NCBI GenBank assembly: GCA_965203295.1
Contig: CBDBCZ010000015.1
Span: 320,001 to 384,000, forward strand
Source of the DNA: Nitrospirales bacterium
Lineage (GTDB): Bacteria; Nitrospirota; Nitrospiria; Nitrospirales; UBA8639
Direction: 5' to 3'
Length of the DNA stretch: 64,000 bases
Shown: one piece after another, positions 1-14,261 of the stretch
Position numbering within the stretch: position 1 is the first letter of the stretch
How the letters are laid out: every line of letters begins with the position of its first letter
The notes under the pieces: generated by a model
Told to the model about the DNA's origin: nothing
The model's input: only the letters and a program-made list of their open reading frames with translations
Database searches by the model: none
Position numbers and translations under genes: made by a program

Positions 1-1677
1 CCGCGTCTGGCAGAAGATAGGTGGGCTCATCAGGAAGCCAGAAAGAGAGAAATTGCTGAAGTTGCTGACTTTTTAGGATTTTAATCCTTGATGTAACTAT
101 GTATGGAGATCTCATTTCATACCGTAAAGCAAATTTTGATCTGCATATTTATTTTTGAGACTACAGTACTTGATATGTCATACACGTTTGTGAGTCTACT
201 ACAACATCGGACTCAACATAGCAGCTGGAGGACAGGATCATGTATCTTGCTTCTGTTGTATAAAAAACGTCAGCCGTCACCTGTATACAAATCCAGTAAC
301 TAGTCTCATGAAAATCAGACACATGCAGCACTGATTAGGAAGCCTTGCACCTCACAGTTGGAGGATACCCACCAGTTTTCACTTTTGAGTTTCCAAACAG
401 CTATATCAGTTTTAAGTTGACAATTGTATCAGTGACTGTACTGTGCAATAATCCTATTATATGTGTCTGGATACTGTCATCAACTATGCAAAATTCACTG
501 CATGAATAACAAAATAGCCTTGCACATGTGAATAACAGGCCAAGCAAGGGCAGAGGTGCAGCACAATGCTATTTGGGTACATCAGTTCGGCCCATCAATT
601 CTGGCATTCATAAATTGCTTTATCGAGAAATATGCCTAGTTAATTAAATTTTCTATATTTAGTCACAGTTACAAGACTATAATCAGTATATGTAGCAGTA
701 CTTAATTGCCTGGTTCTCAGGTTTTCCTTTTTCCAGTCTGGGTTAAACATGTAGGGAGAAAAGTGGAGGAAAGTGATATGAATAACTGTATGGTGATCTG
801 TGAAGACTGAAACTGTAACATCTACCAGTCAGCACTGAATGAAAAGAAATTAATGAATAATGATGTGATTCAAACACAGCAGACAAATGACCATACAATA
901 TTTAAACTTGGTATTAGAAAACTAGTATACTTAGAATCTGTTGTTATCTCAAGTTTGATTGCACAGTAAGTGTTCTGTTCCAGAGTTATGCACTAGTGAA
1001 TTCCGTCCACTTTCCACAGACACTGTAGTAGGGGTGCCAAACATTGCTCCCCCTAATACATTGTCTATGGCAATTGGACACAGTTCACTGCATGGTTTAT
1101 AATTATCCCCAGTATTTAACAAGCGGTTGTAATCAAACTTGAGATGACATCAAAGTACACTGTCCAGTGCATTCTAGTTGAAAATCAGGATAATCCGAAC
1201 AATTAGTGAACAGAAAGTGACATCGTGAAGAAAACAGCCAATGCTACTTATGTACATACGTACATCACTCCGCACAGCTTGGTCCCAGCATGCACACATT
1301 CTGATCATGGACCAGTGCATGCTGTATCTCTTCTTCTGGCCTTTCTCAGTGCATAAATAGGATGGATCACTCCCATCTTGTCCTACAGAAAAGAATGTGG
1401 ATATTCATGTGACAAGACAGAAACTATCCACTGACAGTACTGAACACGAGTGCTATGAGCAAGGCAGTCATACAGCTGTACATGAAAGGTGGTTTGTGCT
1501 GTTAGCCATTTGTGAGACGACGACATGCACTCACAATAATTTACATGAGTATCCATATAGTGCACCAAGGCCTGCTGGCTGTACGTATGTGGTAATGGGT
1601 GTGACGGGTATAATGTACATCCTCAACATTAATTTCCCATTCATCCAGTTTCTCTACTGTTTTGTGTGCTAAGTATA

Positions 1678-1840
1678 GGTTAGATCACAGCAACGAGGGC
1701 TCTAACTGACATAGACACCCGTGGGAAAATCAGAGCCTAAGGGCGCAGCCCGAGGTCAATTAACACAGTCAGAGGGTGAGGGATTTGCCCAAGGGTGGTC
1801 TACATCAGTTAGATCCTGAGTGCATGCTGTGATCTAACCG
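1678..1840. mobile_element. Short foldback/palindromic non-autonomous element
   Basis: GGTTAGATCACAGCA at 1678 pairs with TGCTGTGATCTAACC near 1826-1840; inner arms TCTAACTGA/TCAGTTAGA; central GGGCGCAGCCCGAGG. Similar architecture at ~11400-11530 and ~32915-33050. Confidence 0.6.
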
Positions 1841-2809
1841 ACTTAGGCCATGCACTGCTGTTACTGTAAATGAATTTTCATGTGGGTGCTAAAAGTGATA
1901 TTATGTACACAGGGATTTAACTGACATGAACACCCAGTATCTAACAAAGATTATTCATGAGTGGTCTTATGATTCTTTGGTGAAAATCAATAATGAGTGA
2001 ACAGAAGTGACATTAGTGCAATCATAACTCATGCAAGATTAGTCGAAATAAGGGGGGGGCCTCACTTCATAAACATTTATTCCTTCTGCCAAGTAACGAT
2101 GCCACACCACTTAGCTGCTGGCTGCAAAAAGATCAGGTGGCTCTACATACAAGCCATTCAGTCCCAATATGCATACAGCCAATATAGCTCAGAGGTACAG
2201 TGCATTATGTAGCAGCATCTCCACCTTGTCCTGCCACACATGTCATGTTAGTAGTACACACTAGATCCAAACGCATCTCTTACCACATGTGTATCCATGC
2301 AACAATGCTACGTATCCTAGAAAGAGCAAATATGACATGAATACAACATGGGTATTCCTAACAATGTTTCATACAAAGGGAGGGGGGCGCATTGGGATCT
2401 CCTTCCACCCCTTCTCTTCAGAATTATGATGTCATATTTACTGATGCTACTCTGATTTTTAATTCAAGTGTTGCATAGTTAGTTAGCTGCCAAAGCCACC
2501 AGAATTATATAAGATTGGGGGACAAGCCCCCAGACCCCCTAGAAGGGTGTGGTTTGCACATAGTTTGTTTCACAAGGTGTACACGTAAGTGAAGGTTAGC
2601 TTCTAATGAGTGATTATTGCATACATTGACATTCCCTAAGCATTAAGTCTCCATCCCACAGCAAAAAATCTTGTATGAAACTCTGCTTAAGAGTGACAGT
2701 ATGGCCAAGCTTAAAGATACACTGCCAAGTATAATGATAAAATTCAGCGCAAATAAAAAATGGTACAGCTAGTGCCCCAGAGCAGAAGAAAATACTCATG
2801 TTGTTGCCG

Positions 2810-4630
2810 TAGTACTTGCGCCATTGATCACATGTACCCACATACGCAGGCGGAACTTGCATGATCTCCAGTCAGAGGACAAGAGCAAGAGCAACCAGAC
2901 GTTTCACCGTCCTGATCACCATATAACTTATTCTTCCAAGTATCCCAGATTAATAATACAAAACTCTTAACTAGTTTTAATAAAGCCTTAAAATCATACC
3001 TGTCCCAATTTTCCACCCTATGATAAAGCCTGTTAATTCTCTTAATTATTGAGTGCACTATAATTTGAAAAACTGCCCCACAACTGTCTAATTCTCCCAT
3101 GAAAGTATTTCTTATGGCAGCATGCACAGGACACTCCCAGAGCACATGTACTACACTCTCAAATTCATCCGCACAACTTACACTGCCTGTCATTTTTACC
3201 CCCATGTCTTCCTTACACTTCATTCAGACCATTATATTATAATACCAGACCTAAACTTAAACAGCAACCGTGTTCCTGGATCCACTGAGAGTAATTCTTG
3301 AATTTTATTTCCTTACAAAAAGACTTGTACAGACTCAGTTTAACTTTACTATTTAAGCCATCTTTTATATTCGCTCTCAATATCTCAACTCTTTATCTAC
3401 TCTCTCTAGAAACAAATTTACATTGTTATTATTTCCTGTCTGTCTTGATTCACTGTAGCAACAATTCACTGATTAGTTTCCTCCAAGTCTTCTTCTACCT
3501 ACCTCTACACAGATTCACTTCCCACTCAGAGTCTAGTAGTAATCTCTCATCATCCAAATATTATTTTTGACTTTATACCACCACTTAAGTTTGCACCTTT
3601 CCCTCCTGCCTTTTAAAGACTCTAACTCTATATCCCCTCTTACTGCTTCATTGCAGGTTTTAGAAGAACAGCCAAGTTTCTTTTTAGCTGATTAGATTCC
3701 AAGGAAGCTGTCTGTCATTTATTGCAAGCCTACACTTCACTACCATTACTCTAAAGTAGGGTGAAGTACCGAAACTAACATGATAATTATCCTTCTTGCA
3801 ACTGTACTGAAAATCCTATCACTTAGAAACCTATAGTTTTTTAATTCCACTATTTATTACCTTCTGTACATGACCATCCCTTCAACCATTATTAGTAAAT
3901 TCAATGCCCAAGTAACAGTAACTTAAACCCTTGGAATGTCTGCATTTATTACAAAAGCCCTGTACTACATCTAATTAACATTTGTAAGTCCTCAGCATTT
4001 AGTAGTTAAACCTACAAAATCATTAGCAAACATTAGACCCCCAACCTTAACATCCTTCTCCTTCTTAATAGTAATGCCAATCCCAGCCTTCTCAACCTCT
4101 TCTAGAGAACTAGGCAAAATACTACAACCCTGTGCCACTCCCTGACCTATATTGAATGGTTTGGATTTTTACCAGCCGGAGCGCGCGTAGCGCGCGAACG
4201 GCTGGTACTAAGATTGCTTTACATTTTCCGCGTTTGTTTGTTTGTTTGTGCGTCCGCACTTATCACGTGCGCAATATATTACGTCATACGTTACTATGCA
4301 ACTGCAGTACAGCAGCGTTTGGAGGTTTGCAGGCCAAGCTACAGCAAATGAAGGTAGTTTTGTGTTGCCTAGATGGCGAAAACATGGTAGATAGTCGTGA
4401 AAATCCTGGTTTCTTGGCATATAGCTACTAACTGGAGGCGCATGACGAAACTGCTGAGTCAGCACTTTCGCTGTACCGCTCTAGGAATATAGTTTCTCTG
4501 GCTCTACAGCTGTAGTTTAGTAACTTGGCTTAAGCTGAGTTGTGTGTATTGTACGGGAAAGGCGTCCGGCTGGTTTTTAGACATGAAATGTCAGACTTGT
4601 TCTCCCTCCAGTAAAACAGCACTCATAAGA
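2810..4630 (-). mobile_element. Decayed non-LTR retrotransposon (LINE), 3' half: RT motifs and C-terminal zinc-knuckle region
   Basis: Minus-strand translation gives GQGVAQGCSIL (~4110-4150), a GGLMFANDFVG-like YADD motif (~4015-4045) and CADEFESVVHVLWECP (ORF 2828..3223). Many stops/frameshifts; interrupted by the 4171-4574 insertion. Confidence 0.8.
4171..4574 (+). mobile_element. HINE/DINE-1-like (Helentron-associated) non-autonomous element inserted in a T-run within the LINE
   Basis: ACCAGCCGGA (4171) and TCCGGCTGGT (4565) are inverted; 5' hairpin GCGCGCGTAGCGCGCG closed by CGGCTGGT; (GTTT)n at ~4232-4249; T-runs on both flanks; LINE sequence resumes at ~4580. Confidence 0.7.
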
Positions 4631-7600
4631 ACCTTGCATACAAAAGGAAAGTTCTCTGAATACTGTAAAGTGAAGTTAATGTGAGTAGTTGAAATATTGG
4701 CGGAATTTCGAAAGTTGGTACTCAGAGAATTTTCCTTTCTTAAGAGAGTAGATTTCAAATAACGTTTACTTACACATTTTGCACTATTTCATACAGGGTA
4801 CGGAGTTAAGCTCTCAAGGTGGTATACATGTTCCCACAGCATGAAAGTCTCAGGCAAAACCACATAATTGTATTGTTGTGAAAAATACGTTCAATTTGGC
4901 TGAAAAGAGGAGAATTAGACCTCCTTTTTGTAGGTGAACACAGTAAACCTGATGTACCATGTCTGACTCAGCTTTGAAGAGCAGACTCCAAGTGGATCAA
5001 TGTTACTGGCAAAAAGATTTTCAGAAAATGTTTAGAAATGTTTTGTCTGCAACTTTTGAGAATTTTTGAAAATAATAACACCTACATGTACGTGGAACAG
5101 TTGGTTGTGAAACATTGAAATCACCCTATAAAATTATTGTTGAACTTTTGCCATAATGATATTCTATCACTCTAAATTCAAAAATGAGTTTTGAAGATGT
5201 TACAAATCACCTTTGAAACTCACTGACAAAACCGAAATACGATACATTTCATTAATTATGTGATGTTAACTATGTAGCCTGAACCTTTCACCACAGACTG
5301 TTCAATATAGGTGCTACTACACTTAAAATCTGATGTTTTGCCTGTAATTTTGATCCACTTGGAGTCTGCTCTTCAAAGGTGGGTCAAACATGGTGCATCT
5401 GGTTTACTGCATTCACCTACAAAAAGGAGGACTAACTCCCAACGCTTCTCTTATCAGCCAATTTACCAATTTCAACAACAGGGTTGTAAATTCCTGTGGT
5501 TTACCTATCTAATTAAGACATTTATGTTGGCAGATTTACTTGTACCACTTTTGAGAAATCAACTCCAAACCCTGTAGAAAATATATAGAACAGCAGATGT
5601 ACATACGTATCTACTCTTGCTCTGGAGCATGCAGAAGGGGTGAAACTTATACCACTATGATCTATAGGAGAAAGTAGGATTTTCCACTTTGGTGAAAACA
5701 TGGTCGTTGAAGACATTCATGACCCTTCCAGCACCTAGGCCTTGGACTAGAGAGCTATAAATTAGGGTTCAAGTCATCAAGTGCCAATCCAGTGAAGTAC
5801 AAGCCACAGCATGGCTCATATCACTCTCCAAATGCAACAGTCCACAAGCAAAGCACATCACAACTACATGTAAATCACAGCTACATGCATATGTACATGT
5901 AATAAATCTTGAAGACATTCAAAGTACAAGCCACCCTACAAAATGTCTGTCTTGCTCATGGCACCTCACAAGCAAGGCAATACCTGACAGAGGTTCCAGT
6001 TTAGATAAAATGATCAGGGAGCTGAATCTACGTAAAACTCACAGCGGAGCACCCATACATTGTATATGAGCATAGATCCAGAGTAGGTTACACTGCTCCT
6101 GCACTAGAATTAGGCTAGCTAAACTGCTGCTGCGTTCAAAAATTAAATGACACACCACAGCTAATCATATGACAGCAAGCTACTATGCCACCAGAGTTCA
6201 TGCAAATACAACTGCAGCTATCAAAATTAATGCCTTGAGCTTTAGTTTCTGCTATTCTGTTAGTAGCACATCGTCTACTAATGTACTATCTATGCCTTAC
6301 CCCAACATAGCTGCACAGCCTTGCCTCAGCTGCTCAGTGCACACTCATTCACTGACTGTAAACTAACATAGTACTCTACACTCCTCGACCTTCAGCTGCT
6401 CCACTCTGAGTAAATATCCCCCCAATGACATTACTGCATGACTGTCACTCACAGTTCTTGCCAACATCTATAGGTATATAAGCCCAAAGAAAGTGTCCAC
6501 AGTCTCAAGAAGCCACCAAAAGCGACCTTAGAGCACTTAAGATTCAAAGGGAATATGCTGCTAAAGTCTTTCCCACCTCAACCAAGTGAATCTGTATAAA
6601 GATCTGATTAGGGCTGTACAGTTAAGGACAAAAATAGCTTCTCACCACCACACTGGGGTACGCAGTAGAGTATGTTTTTCAGTTATTTTCTTTCCCTGAT
6701 TCCTTGGCAAGCTGACAGAGTGAGATAATAGATAAAAAATCAACACTAGCAGTGGCTAGCAGAGGTACTATTATTAGAGTGGTAATTATGTGCTTAAGTC
6801 ATAGCCAGACTACGTATACTACAAGGGAGCTAGTGCTGTTATCTCAGTACAGAACTAGTGCAAATTACGTATAATAAATCTCAGCACAAACACTCATAGA
6901 ACCATCATGTAGTATTTCCTATAAGCAGAACGTCCAATATCCAAAATCACTGGACATTGCACTCGTCTTGCTTGATCTGGTTCATTCTTCAGACTCAGCC
7001 AAAAACAGTACAGACTCGTCCAATATCCAGTGATACTGGATGCTGTTCATCCAATAACATGATCTAGTACACATGTAGGCTCACATGGGAACTCACCGCT
7101 AGCTCAAGAATTCTCACTCGGCACATTTTTGAATTGGCTAGCACAAGTATTCAAAATATTTCATAGCTCAGTTGGTTCCTATGCTCAACAGTATAATATT
7201 ATGACAGGAACACATGCTGGTAGAATAGCACAGCTCCAGTCTGGGATCATACCTGCACAAACAACCCTTCTGGAAAGGAATCTCCAATCTCAAAAGGGCT
7301 GTGATACCCACGCAGTTCTGACAGCACCATTTGTTGTGATCTTGGATTTGAAAGTATAACTATGTACTACAGTTCACATTTTCTGCAATGCGTATTCTGT
7401 CATCTGATTGGTTAGCACACTTCAAAAGTCTTTTTCTCCTACACAGCTCCATGTACAACTAATAGAGGTCGCCATATCATGGTATGGTGGGACTACTGAA
7501 GTTGTGGTAGCTGTGACAGGTGATACATCAACAGAACAGAAACTGTATGCAGTGTACATGTATAGTTCATCATATGTATGTATGAAGACAAGCGTCTTAA

Positions 7601-9160
7601 TTGGGCTGAGAGATTCATAAAAATTAATGTCTGTATAGCAGCCACTCAGTATGTTCACTGATCTGACGTATCGTCCTGACCTTACTGCAGCAGTTTTATA
7701 CAGGAAGTTTGAATGTACATCTCTTGCTTGCAATCAGTTTAGCTTGTAAACTCTCAATGCCTAAACCTAGAATTTATGGTTACAGGGGGTACTTTGCTGA
7801 TATTCAAATCTCCAAATCAAGTGGATGGCTATGTTGACAACATGAAAGTATACACCAAATTGACAATAATTATGAACATAACCACACCCTCTACTAAAGA
7901 ATCCACAAAAATGCATTTTTATTAATTTTACTAAAATGAAAATTATCGGATCTGCTAGAGCCCCACTTACAGTATGACAATATTATCACTAGTACCTACA
8001 TAGGAGACAGGCTAAAAATGTACTTTGGCTTTTTCACAAGTGTTTCAAACCCAAATTTATAGTCCAGAACGCATCTAACCACCCCAAAACGCTCATTTTC
8101 AATATCCTGCCTTTCAAAAAAAATTATATGCCTGTCCACTTCCGCCCGGCTTAGCTGCCTTACAAACTTCAACCAACTCACAGCAAATATATGTTACATT
8201 CACCCCTCAATTATTCAAAACCACCCATCAAGGCACTCCCTATAAATCTTCACAAATTTTCACACAGCTAGCAAACCACAGCTCGCTATGCAAATGGACG
8301 GATCCTATGAACCGTAAAGGTTAAAACTATAGCAACAACCTGTCAGCATATCCGTCTGTCTGGCTGACTCATAGGCACTTCAGCCACCTAACAAATTTTG
8401 TGGAACACACCAGCTGACTATTTAGCCATAATTAGCCTATATGCTTCTCACCACTATATATACAAGGTCCTATTTTAAACAAAAATTAAAGGCAACACTA
8501 GAATACTGCTCAACCACATCAAAGTGTCAATATCACACAGCAAAGAGCTGTTATCCACATCAAATTGACACATCCCTCCAGTTAATTCCAGTTGCCACCA
8601 TGGAAAACATAAACATATAAATTAGTGCCATGTGAATGACGTCTTTCATTATTAGAAGAACCACACGAAGCGGTACCACCTCAACCTTATGCCTCAGCTA
8701 ATGCAATGCCATGTATAATACCAAAAATTCCAATTACTCAAAGTCCACATTTAATTGTTCACAATCCATGAGTGTGTTCTCTGATCATCGAAAAGCAGGC
8801 TCTTACAACAGTTCATCTAAAAAACACTTAGAAAATGTGTACTATGCTCCAACCAAAGGGAGTAGATTTGAGGTTACAACCACTTTGCCACAAAGTGCAA
8901 AGTATCATGAAGCGGTTTCTCAATGTTTTTTTATTTTCCTATATAATAGGAATAGGGAAGCTATACAGTACAGAGCAAAAAATTTAACTCCCAAGTTTAA
9001 AAAAATAGCGACTCTAAAGTATTTTCGATCTCACTTTACATGTGAAGCCTGTGTCATGTGACAGTTAATCGCAAGCGGCAACAGATTCTTGAAACTGAGT
9101 GATAATGCCACCACGAACTGTCTGACAACGACAATGGAATTCAACGATACCCAATAAGAT

Positions 9161-9204
9161 CAGGAGCGCATAATGACTTTTTCTTACGTCATTATGCGCT
9201 CCTG
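9161..9204. mobile_element. 44-bp micro-MITE (CAG..CTG) with near-perfect 7-bp TSD
   Basis: CAGGAGCGCATAATGAC/GTCATTATGCGCTCCTG perfect 17-bp TIR; flanks ATAAGAT and GTAAGAT. Confidence 0.75.
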
Positions 9205-10900
9205 GTAAGATACTACGGCACTGATTCTGTGGTCCCTACTAATAAGGAGTTCATAATTTACGGTAATACCACACTCACCTCCATACTGTCCAAGTTCCTA
9301 TGTCCTTCCAATCTTTGGTAGAGCTACGAGGTTATTAACTTGGATTCGAGCACTCGCTTGCGCCATACAAGCCAGCCAATCTTGTATAGAATTTGAGAGC
9401 CTACAAACAAGATGGACACAACTAATTAACCCAGGGGTGGAGAGGACCACTCTGGCTCTTGTGCAGGTCTTGGTAGTATTTCACCATCCTGGGTACATGA
9501 ACCCCGACGCTCATAAGCCCCTGTGGGTACCCAATTCACACATTCCTTGACAGATGGGTGCAACGCACTTACAAGAAAATTATGGAACCTTCTTGTCCCC
9601 TCCTGTTCCACATCTTCGTACTTGCTCAGCTGGTCCTATAATTTAGGCCATCATCCAATGGTTGGAAAACAATCTAGTGGCACTTGCAAGTTGTCTGATA
9701 GTATAGTGCAGAGGCATTTATGCGGATCAGTGATGGCAGACCTGGGCCATGGGGGGTGCAGCTAGCCAAGAGTTCCGAGGTACTTGAGATGGGGCAGAGT
9801 ACGTTACAGCCATGCATAGCTGCGGGGCCCCGAGAGGGGTCTAGAAATCAAGGCCACGTACGGATCCACGGTTCGGAAATTGCTAGCGAATGCCACTGAT
9901 CCATGCTGCTGCGAAGGTACAACTCCAGCTAGTCCAGTCCACGTGGTGTCGACCTCAACGCGAGATATCACCATGATTTACAGGCTTTGTTCTGACACTG
10001 CACCCTGGGGGGCTAGTCGTATTGCGTGCTGGCCGCTAAAAGGAAGCCTTGTCTTCGATGCCTTGAAAACGGAGTAAGGTATGAGCATGCTCTATAATGT
10101 ATCTAGTATATACACTACGTATAAATAAGATAAGAATGCGAAATTAATATCACAAGGTTACGCACAGCCATTGCCTATTCGCCGTAGGCATCTTGCAACA
10201 TGCACTTCAATGTGCACTTGCAAGGCCTCCGACCACACGTGTTCTGGTATTCAGCAAACGGCATAATGAATGTGAGCTTATCTTAATTGCTGTAGAGCAT
10301 TATTAGGATGCTTCCTAAATGCTCAGTGACACTGACACATGGTGTATAATTTGGTGTTGCACTACTTGTAACTCAGCAGCAGTGACAACGCTTGTCCAGC
10401 ACACTACACGTGATGCCTACAGTCTACTAATTAGTATGGGACAATGCATGGGACAATCATGCACACGATATAAATTGGCAGGGCTTGTTTGTTTCATCTC
10501 CATTGCTTCTAAAATGATAACTGTAGAGAGTAGAGTAGAAGAGCTGACCTTCTACTTTATTCTCCATAGAATGATCACTGCATCGATCCGCTCAGAGCGT
10601 CTGGCCAGGAGGGAGGGGGGGAGGCTGGCAACAAGGCTAGTACCATAAGCTAACTGCTCATATAAAGGGCTGAGAGCCATACTGGGCCAATGGTGGTCTA
10701 GATTATTCTAGCAATTAAACTTCTTCCCCGTTTCTTGTTTGTGTCCCAAATGAATGTAGGAAGTCATGTTTGCACTGCAACATTGGGGGCTCACTCCCCA
10801 AATGAAAGAATTCATGTTTTTCTATTGTAAGCGCCAAACCTTGGGGGAGGTCTGGGATTGACGCTATACTACGCACTGCTGTACATTCTATAAGTGTGTG

Positions 10901-10983
10901 TAGCCTCGTTCCCGGTTTCCACTCCCCAGCTTTTTTGCATGCTGGAAAAGGTTGGTGAGAAGTGGAGACTGGGAACGGGGCTA
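10901..10983. mobile_element. Short hairpin MITE with TAGCCTCG...GGCTA termini
   Basis: TAGCCTCGTTCCCGGTTTCCACT / AGTGGAGACTGGGAACGGGGCTA imperfect TIR; related degenerate copies at ~19348-19427 and ~35509-35610. Confidence 0.6.
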
Positions 10984-12337
10984 CGTAGTGTGTGTGTGCT
11001 AATAGTACATTCCACCCTATGAAGCAATCTAAGACTTCTGTAATGCTGCAGTGTTACCATGTTATGACTGGTTAGATGCATGTTGCTACTTATAAATAAT
11101 CCTACGTACATTCAAGCCACAAAACAAGGGGTAGAATACTAGGGCTAATTACTAAATGGAACACTTATCCCTGTCCCTATTAAAACGCACTGGACCCTAT
11201 AGGTTTCCTGTCTCTTTCCTCGTTATCTTCACTGAAGTTGATTAGCACAGTACAGTTTTTAGCAGACCGTTACTGTGATCTCTTTCTCACACAGATTATA
11301 GTAGTAATGTACTAGCCAATCAAATCGCTAGAAATGGCAACTATAGTCCTCATTTCTGCAATTTAATTGCCTAGTATGTTACTACTATAGCCCACCCGGA
11401 TTAGGGCTCAACCTCCATTATTGGCCTTGGAAAAAAAATTTCTCTCAGAATGTGCTAGGCAGAGCCCTTGTCCTCCCTCAGGAAAATTACTTTCCTCGGC
11501 CAATAATGTCAGTTAGAGCCCTCATTGTGGAGCACTAACTATTACATTCATGCTCTTCTCCCACCTGCATACGTTAGCTAGCTAGCCCTATAATAGCTGT
11601 GGCCATGCCACTGTTTTCAGTAAATCAATCCCAGTCTTCACCTCAGCTGCATTATTATAATATTATGTTACACATGTGTAACTGTTAATTGCTGAGCGCC
11701 TTAGCACAAGGAAATTAATGTCTCCGCTTTCGGCCCCGGGGACTACCCTGGGGGGAGGCACGTGTTCAAGACTTTGTACCGCTGGCGCATAAACAATCAG
11801 AGAGTTATTCAAGTGGATCACTGTGTTTTACCAAGGTTGTCTTATTGCAGCTCCAATATCACTATAGTTTGAGTAGCTTCTGTTCAGTAGAGACGTGACG
11901 GCCTGACGGTATCGTGGCAAATCGAGCGCTATGAACAGAAGCAAAGCCCAGTGACTCTGCGTCAACCATAGCTGGGCCTTGAAAGTACGTTTCAGACAGA
12001 GACATCCACCTACTGACATGCTAAAAGTGTAGTCACGTTGTTGTAGCAGCTTCCAAAGTGGGTGTGGTTTGCGATTCCTCTCGATCTAGCTTTCCATGTG
12101 TCTGCGCGAAGCCTCACTGTGCATGTGTATGTCTAGTAGAGCCATTGGGTGAGGACCTTGGTGGCGCAGTAATACTATTTAGTGCAAGCTCAGTCTGGTA
12201 ACCAATTTTCTGGCTAGACCCTGTATGAATAATCTCATGAATATAAATAATACTGTTGTAGCTTTATCATACCAGCAGGGTTAAAAGTTCAAGTACTGGA
12301 AGTTTATCTACAGGGGACAGATTTTATGTTTCCATGC

Positions 12338-12813
12338 ACATACACATTAATTAACGTACTGCATGACATACGTACAATAATGTGACTTTGCAACCCCCAT
12401 TACATCATAACAAAGGTCCATTGTACCTAGATAGCAAGTGTTCCCACTTTCATTATTTCTAATTAGTACAAGGTTATAACAGTTTATTTTCCTGATAAAA
12501 GGTGATTAGTAAGTGGCAATGCTATGCATGGCTTCAGCTTGGTTAGCAGAATATTAAATGTGTGCATACCTTGTATGCACACATTGTATTAACGTACTGC
12601 ATGACATACGTACAATAATGTGACTTTGCAACCCCCATTACATCATAACAAAGGTCCATTGTACCTAGATAGCAAGTGTTCCCACTTTCATTATTACTAA
12701 TTAGTACAAGGTTATAACAGTTTATTTTCCTGATAAAAGGTGATTAGTAAGTGGCAATGCTATGCATGGCTTCAGCTTGGTTAGCAGAATATTAAATGTG
12801 TGCATACCTTGTA
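12338..12813. repeat. Tandem duplication, 2 x 238 bp
   Basis: TTAACGTACTGCATGACATACG at 12351 and 12589; both copies end GTGCATACCTTGTA (12575, 12813); nearly identical. Confidence 0.9.
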
Positions 12814-12870
12814 GCTAGTATTGCTATGCTTATATTGTTCAATGAACATGAAAATAAAATATAACATTAT

Positions 12871-12916
12871 CATGGAGTACGGTAGTACTCCATCATGGAG
12901 TACGGTAGTACTCCAT
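12871..12916. repeat. Two tandem copies of a 23-bp hairpin unit
   Basis: (CATGGAGTACGGTAGTACTCCAT)x2; each unit contains ATGGAGTAC-GGTA-GTACTCCAT. Confidence 0.85.
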
Positions 12917-14261
12917 ATGTAGGGATGGCCCTGATAAAAAATGGCCTCCCCATTAAATGTGTATAAAATGACATGTTCAGAACTCTGCTGTAGGTGTAGT
13001 CTAGGACTAATATGAGCCCTACCAGCTATCCTCAGGCGTTGTCATCACTAACCAGACTGTTAGCACTGCTAAAAAACATCTCTGAAGTACCAAAGCGGCA
13101 AGTGGTTAAAACCGCCGATACGTCTATCTCGGTCTCGGTCTTAGTCTTAGTCTTCTTTCAGCCAGGCTAGCACAAGAACAGGCGAAGTAATTAACAAGAT
13201 TCCAACACGAACGGCCTTGATTGACCCTCGGGTAGTGCCTTTTGCACATAGCGTTTTCAAAGAACTCGAATAAGTTCAGCAGTGATAACGGCCACTCTCG
13301 AGTGGACGCTTGCTGCTCACACGCCATTTTATGGCAGGCTGATACGCATGCGCAGACTGCCTGACAGCACGTGTTCATCTATTTAAAGCCTATATACCTT
13401 CGAGCATGCTGTTCGGTAGTTCTCGAGTGGAAGTGTGGAAGTGCTTGAAAGCATAGATAGTATAGCAAGCAAGGGTCTCCCAATCATTCATGTGATTGCT
13501 GTTCTTCTTGGAATTACAAGGTACTTTGCATGCAGTATGCCTAGTTCAACGAATTAGCCTATTAGTATGTACAGAGAGCCTGTGCACTTCCTTTAATGAC
13601 AAATGGCAGATACCATGCAGTGAAATCGGCAGCACTGAATATGCAGGTAGTAAGGACCAGCAGCCTGTAAAATGGCACTGTAGTTAAATGAGTGCAAAGC
13701 AGTCACTGAAACAGAAGTAGCTGTCGCTCAAGCAGTCATTTGAGGACACTTTCCACCCAATTTACACAACACAACATTACACTCTATGCTGATGACCTTT
13801 GATTGTGCCGCTCGGTTCTTTCATTCTTGAGTGTAAGTGTGAAAGTCCCTGAAAGTTTGGTTCTTCCATTCATTCATGTGATAGCTGTTCTTGGAATTAC
13901 AAGGACTGGTACTTTGCATGCAGTTTGCCTAGTAATTTGCAGAAGGCAAGGGCCCAGAATTTAAAACAGTGCATTCAAAACTGATAAAGTATTGTGGCAG
14001 CTGCTAGGGCACCCTCACTTGCCAGTTACAAAGTTGACCCTGAGAAGAAAAGGGCAACCTCACATGGCAGGAAACATCCCCCCCCCCTCCCCCATGCACA
14101 TGCGGGCAAAGGCCTTCCTGATGCTGACTGGAGTACCTATACAACCATGGAAGTATATATTATCTATGTATACAACATGCACCATCCTCAAACAAGTTCC
14201 TTTCCAACACCATGCACATTTACACCTACACAGTTGTTACCACCTCCCAAAAATGCCCCAA

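Noticed and set aside
1..8500. Exon-like minus-strand segments (~1255-1385, 2070-2240, 5610-5830, 7100-7730)
   Set aside because: Splice-like signals exist, but all frames contain stops and I could not recognise a protein family.
9820..10010. zf-CW/PWWP (ZCWPW-like) gene
   Set aside because: The resemblance (VQC..C.SW, SYAW) needs several frameshifts and stops, so it is too weak to call.
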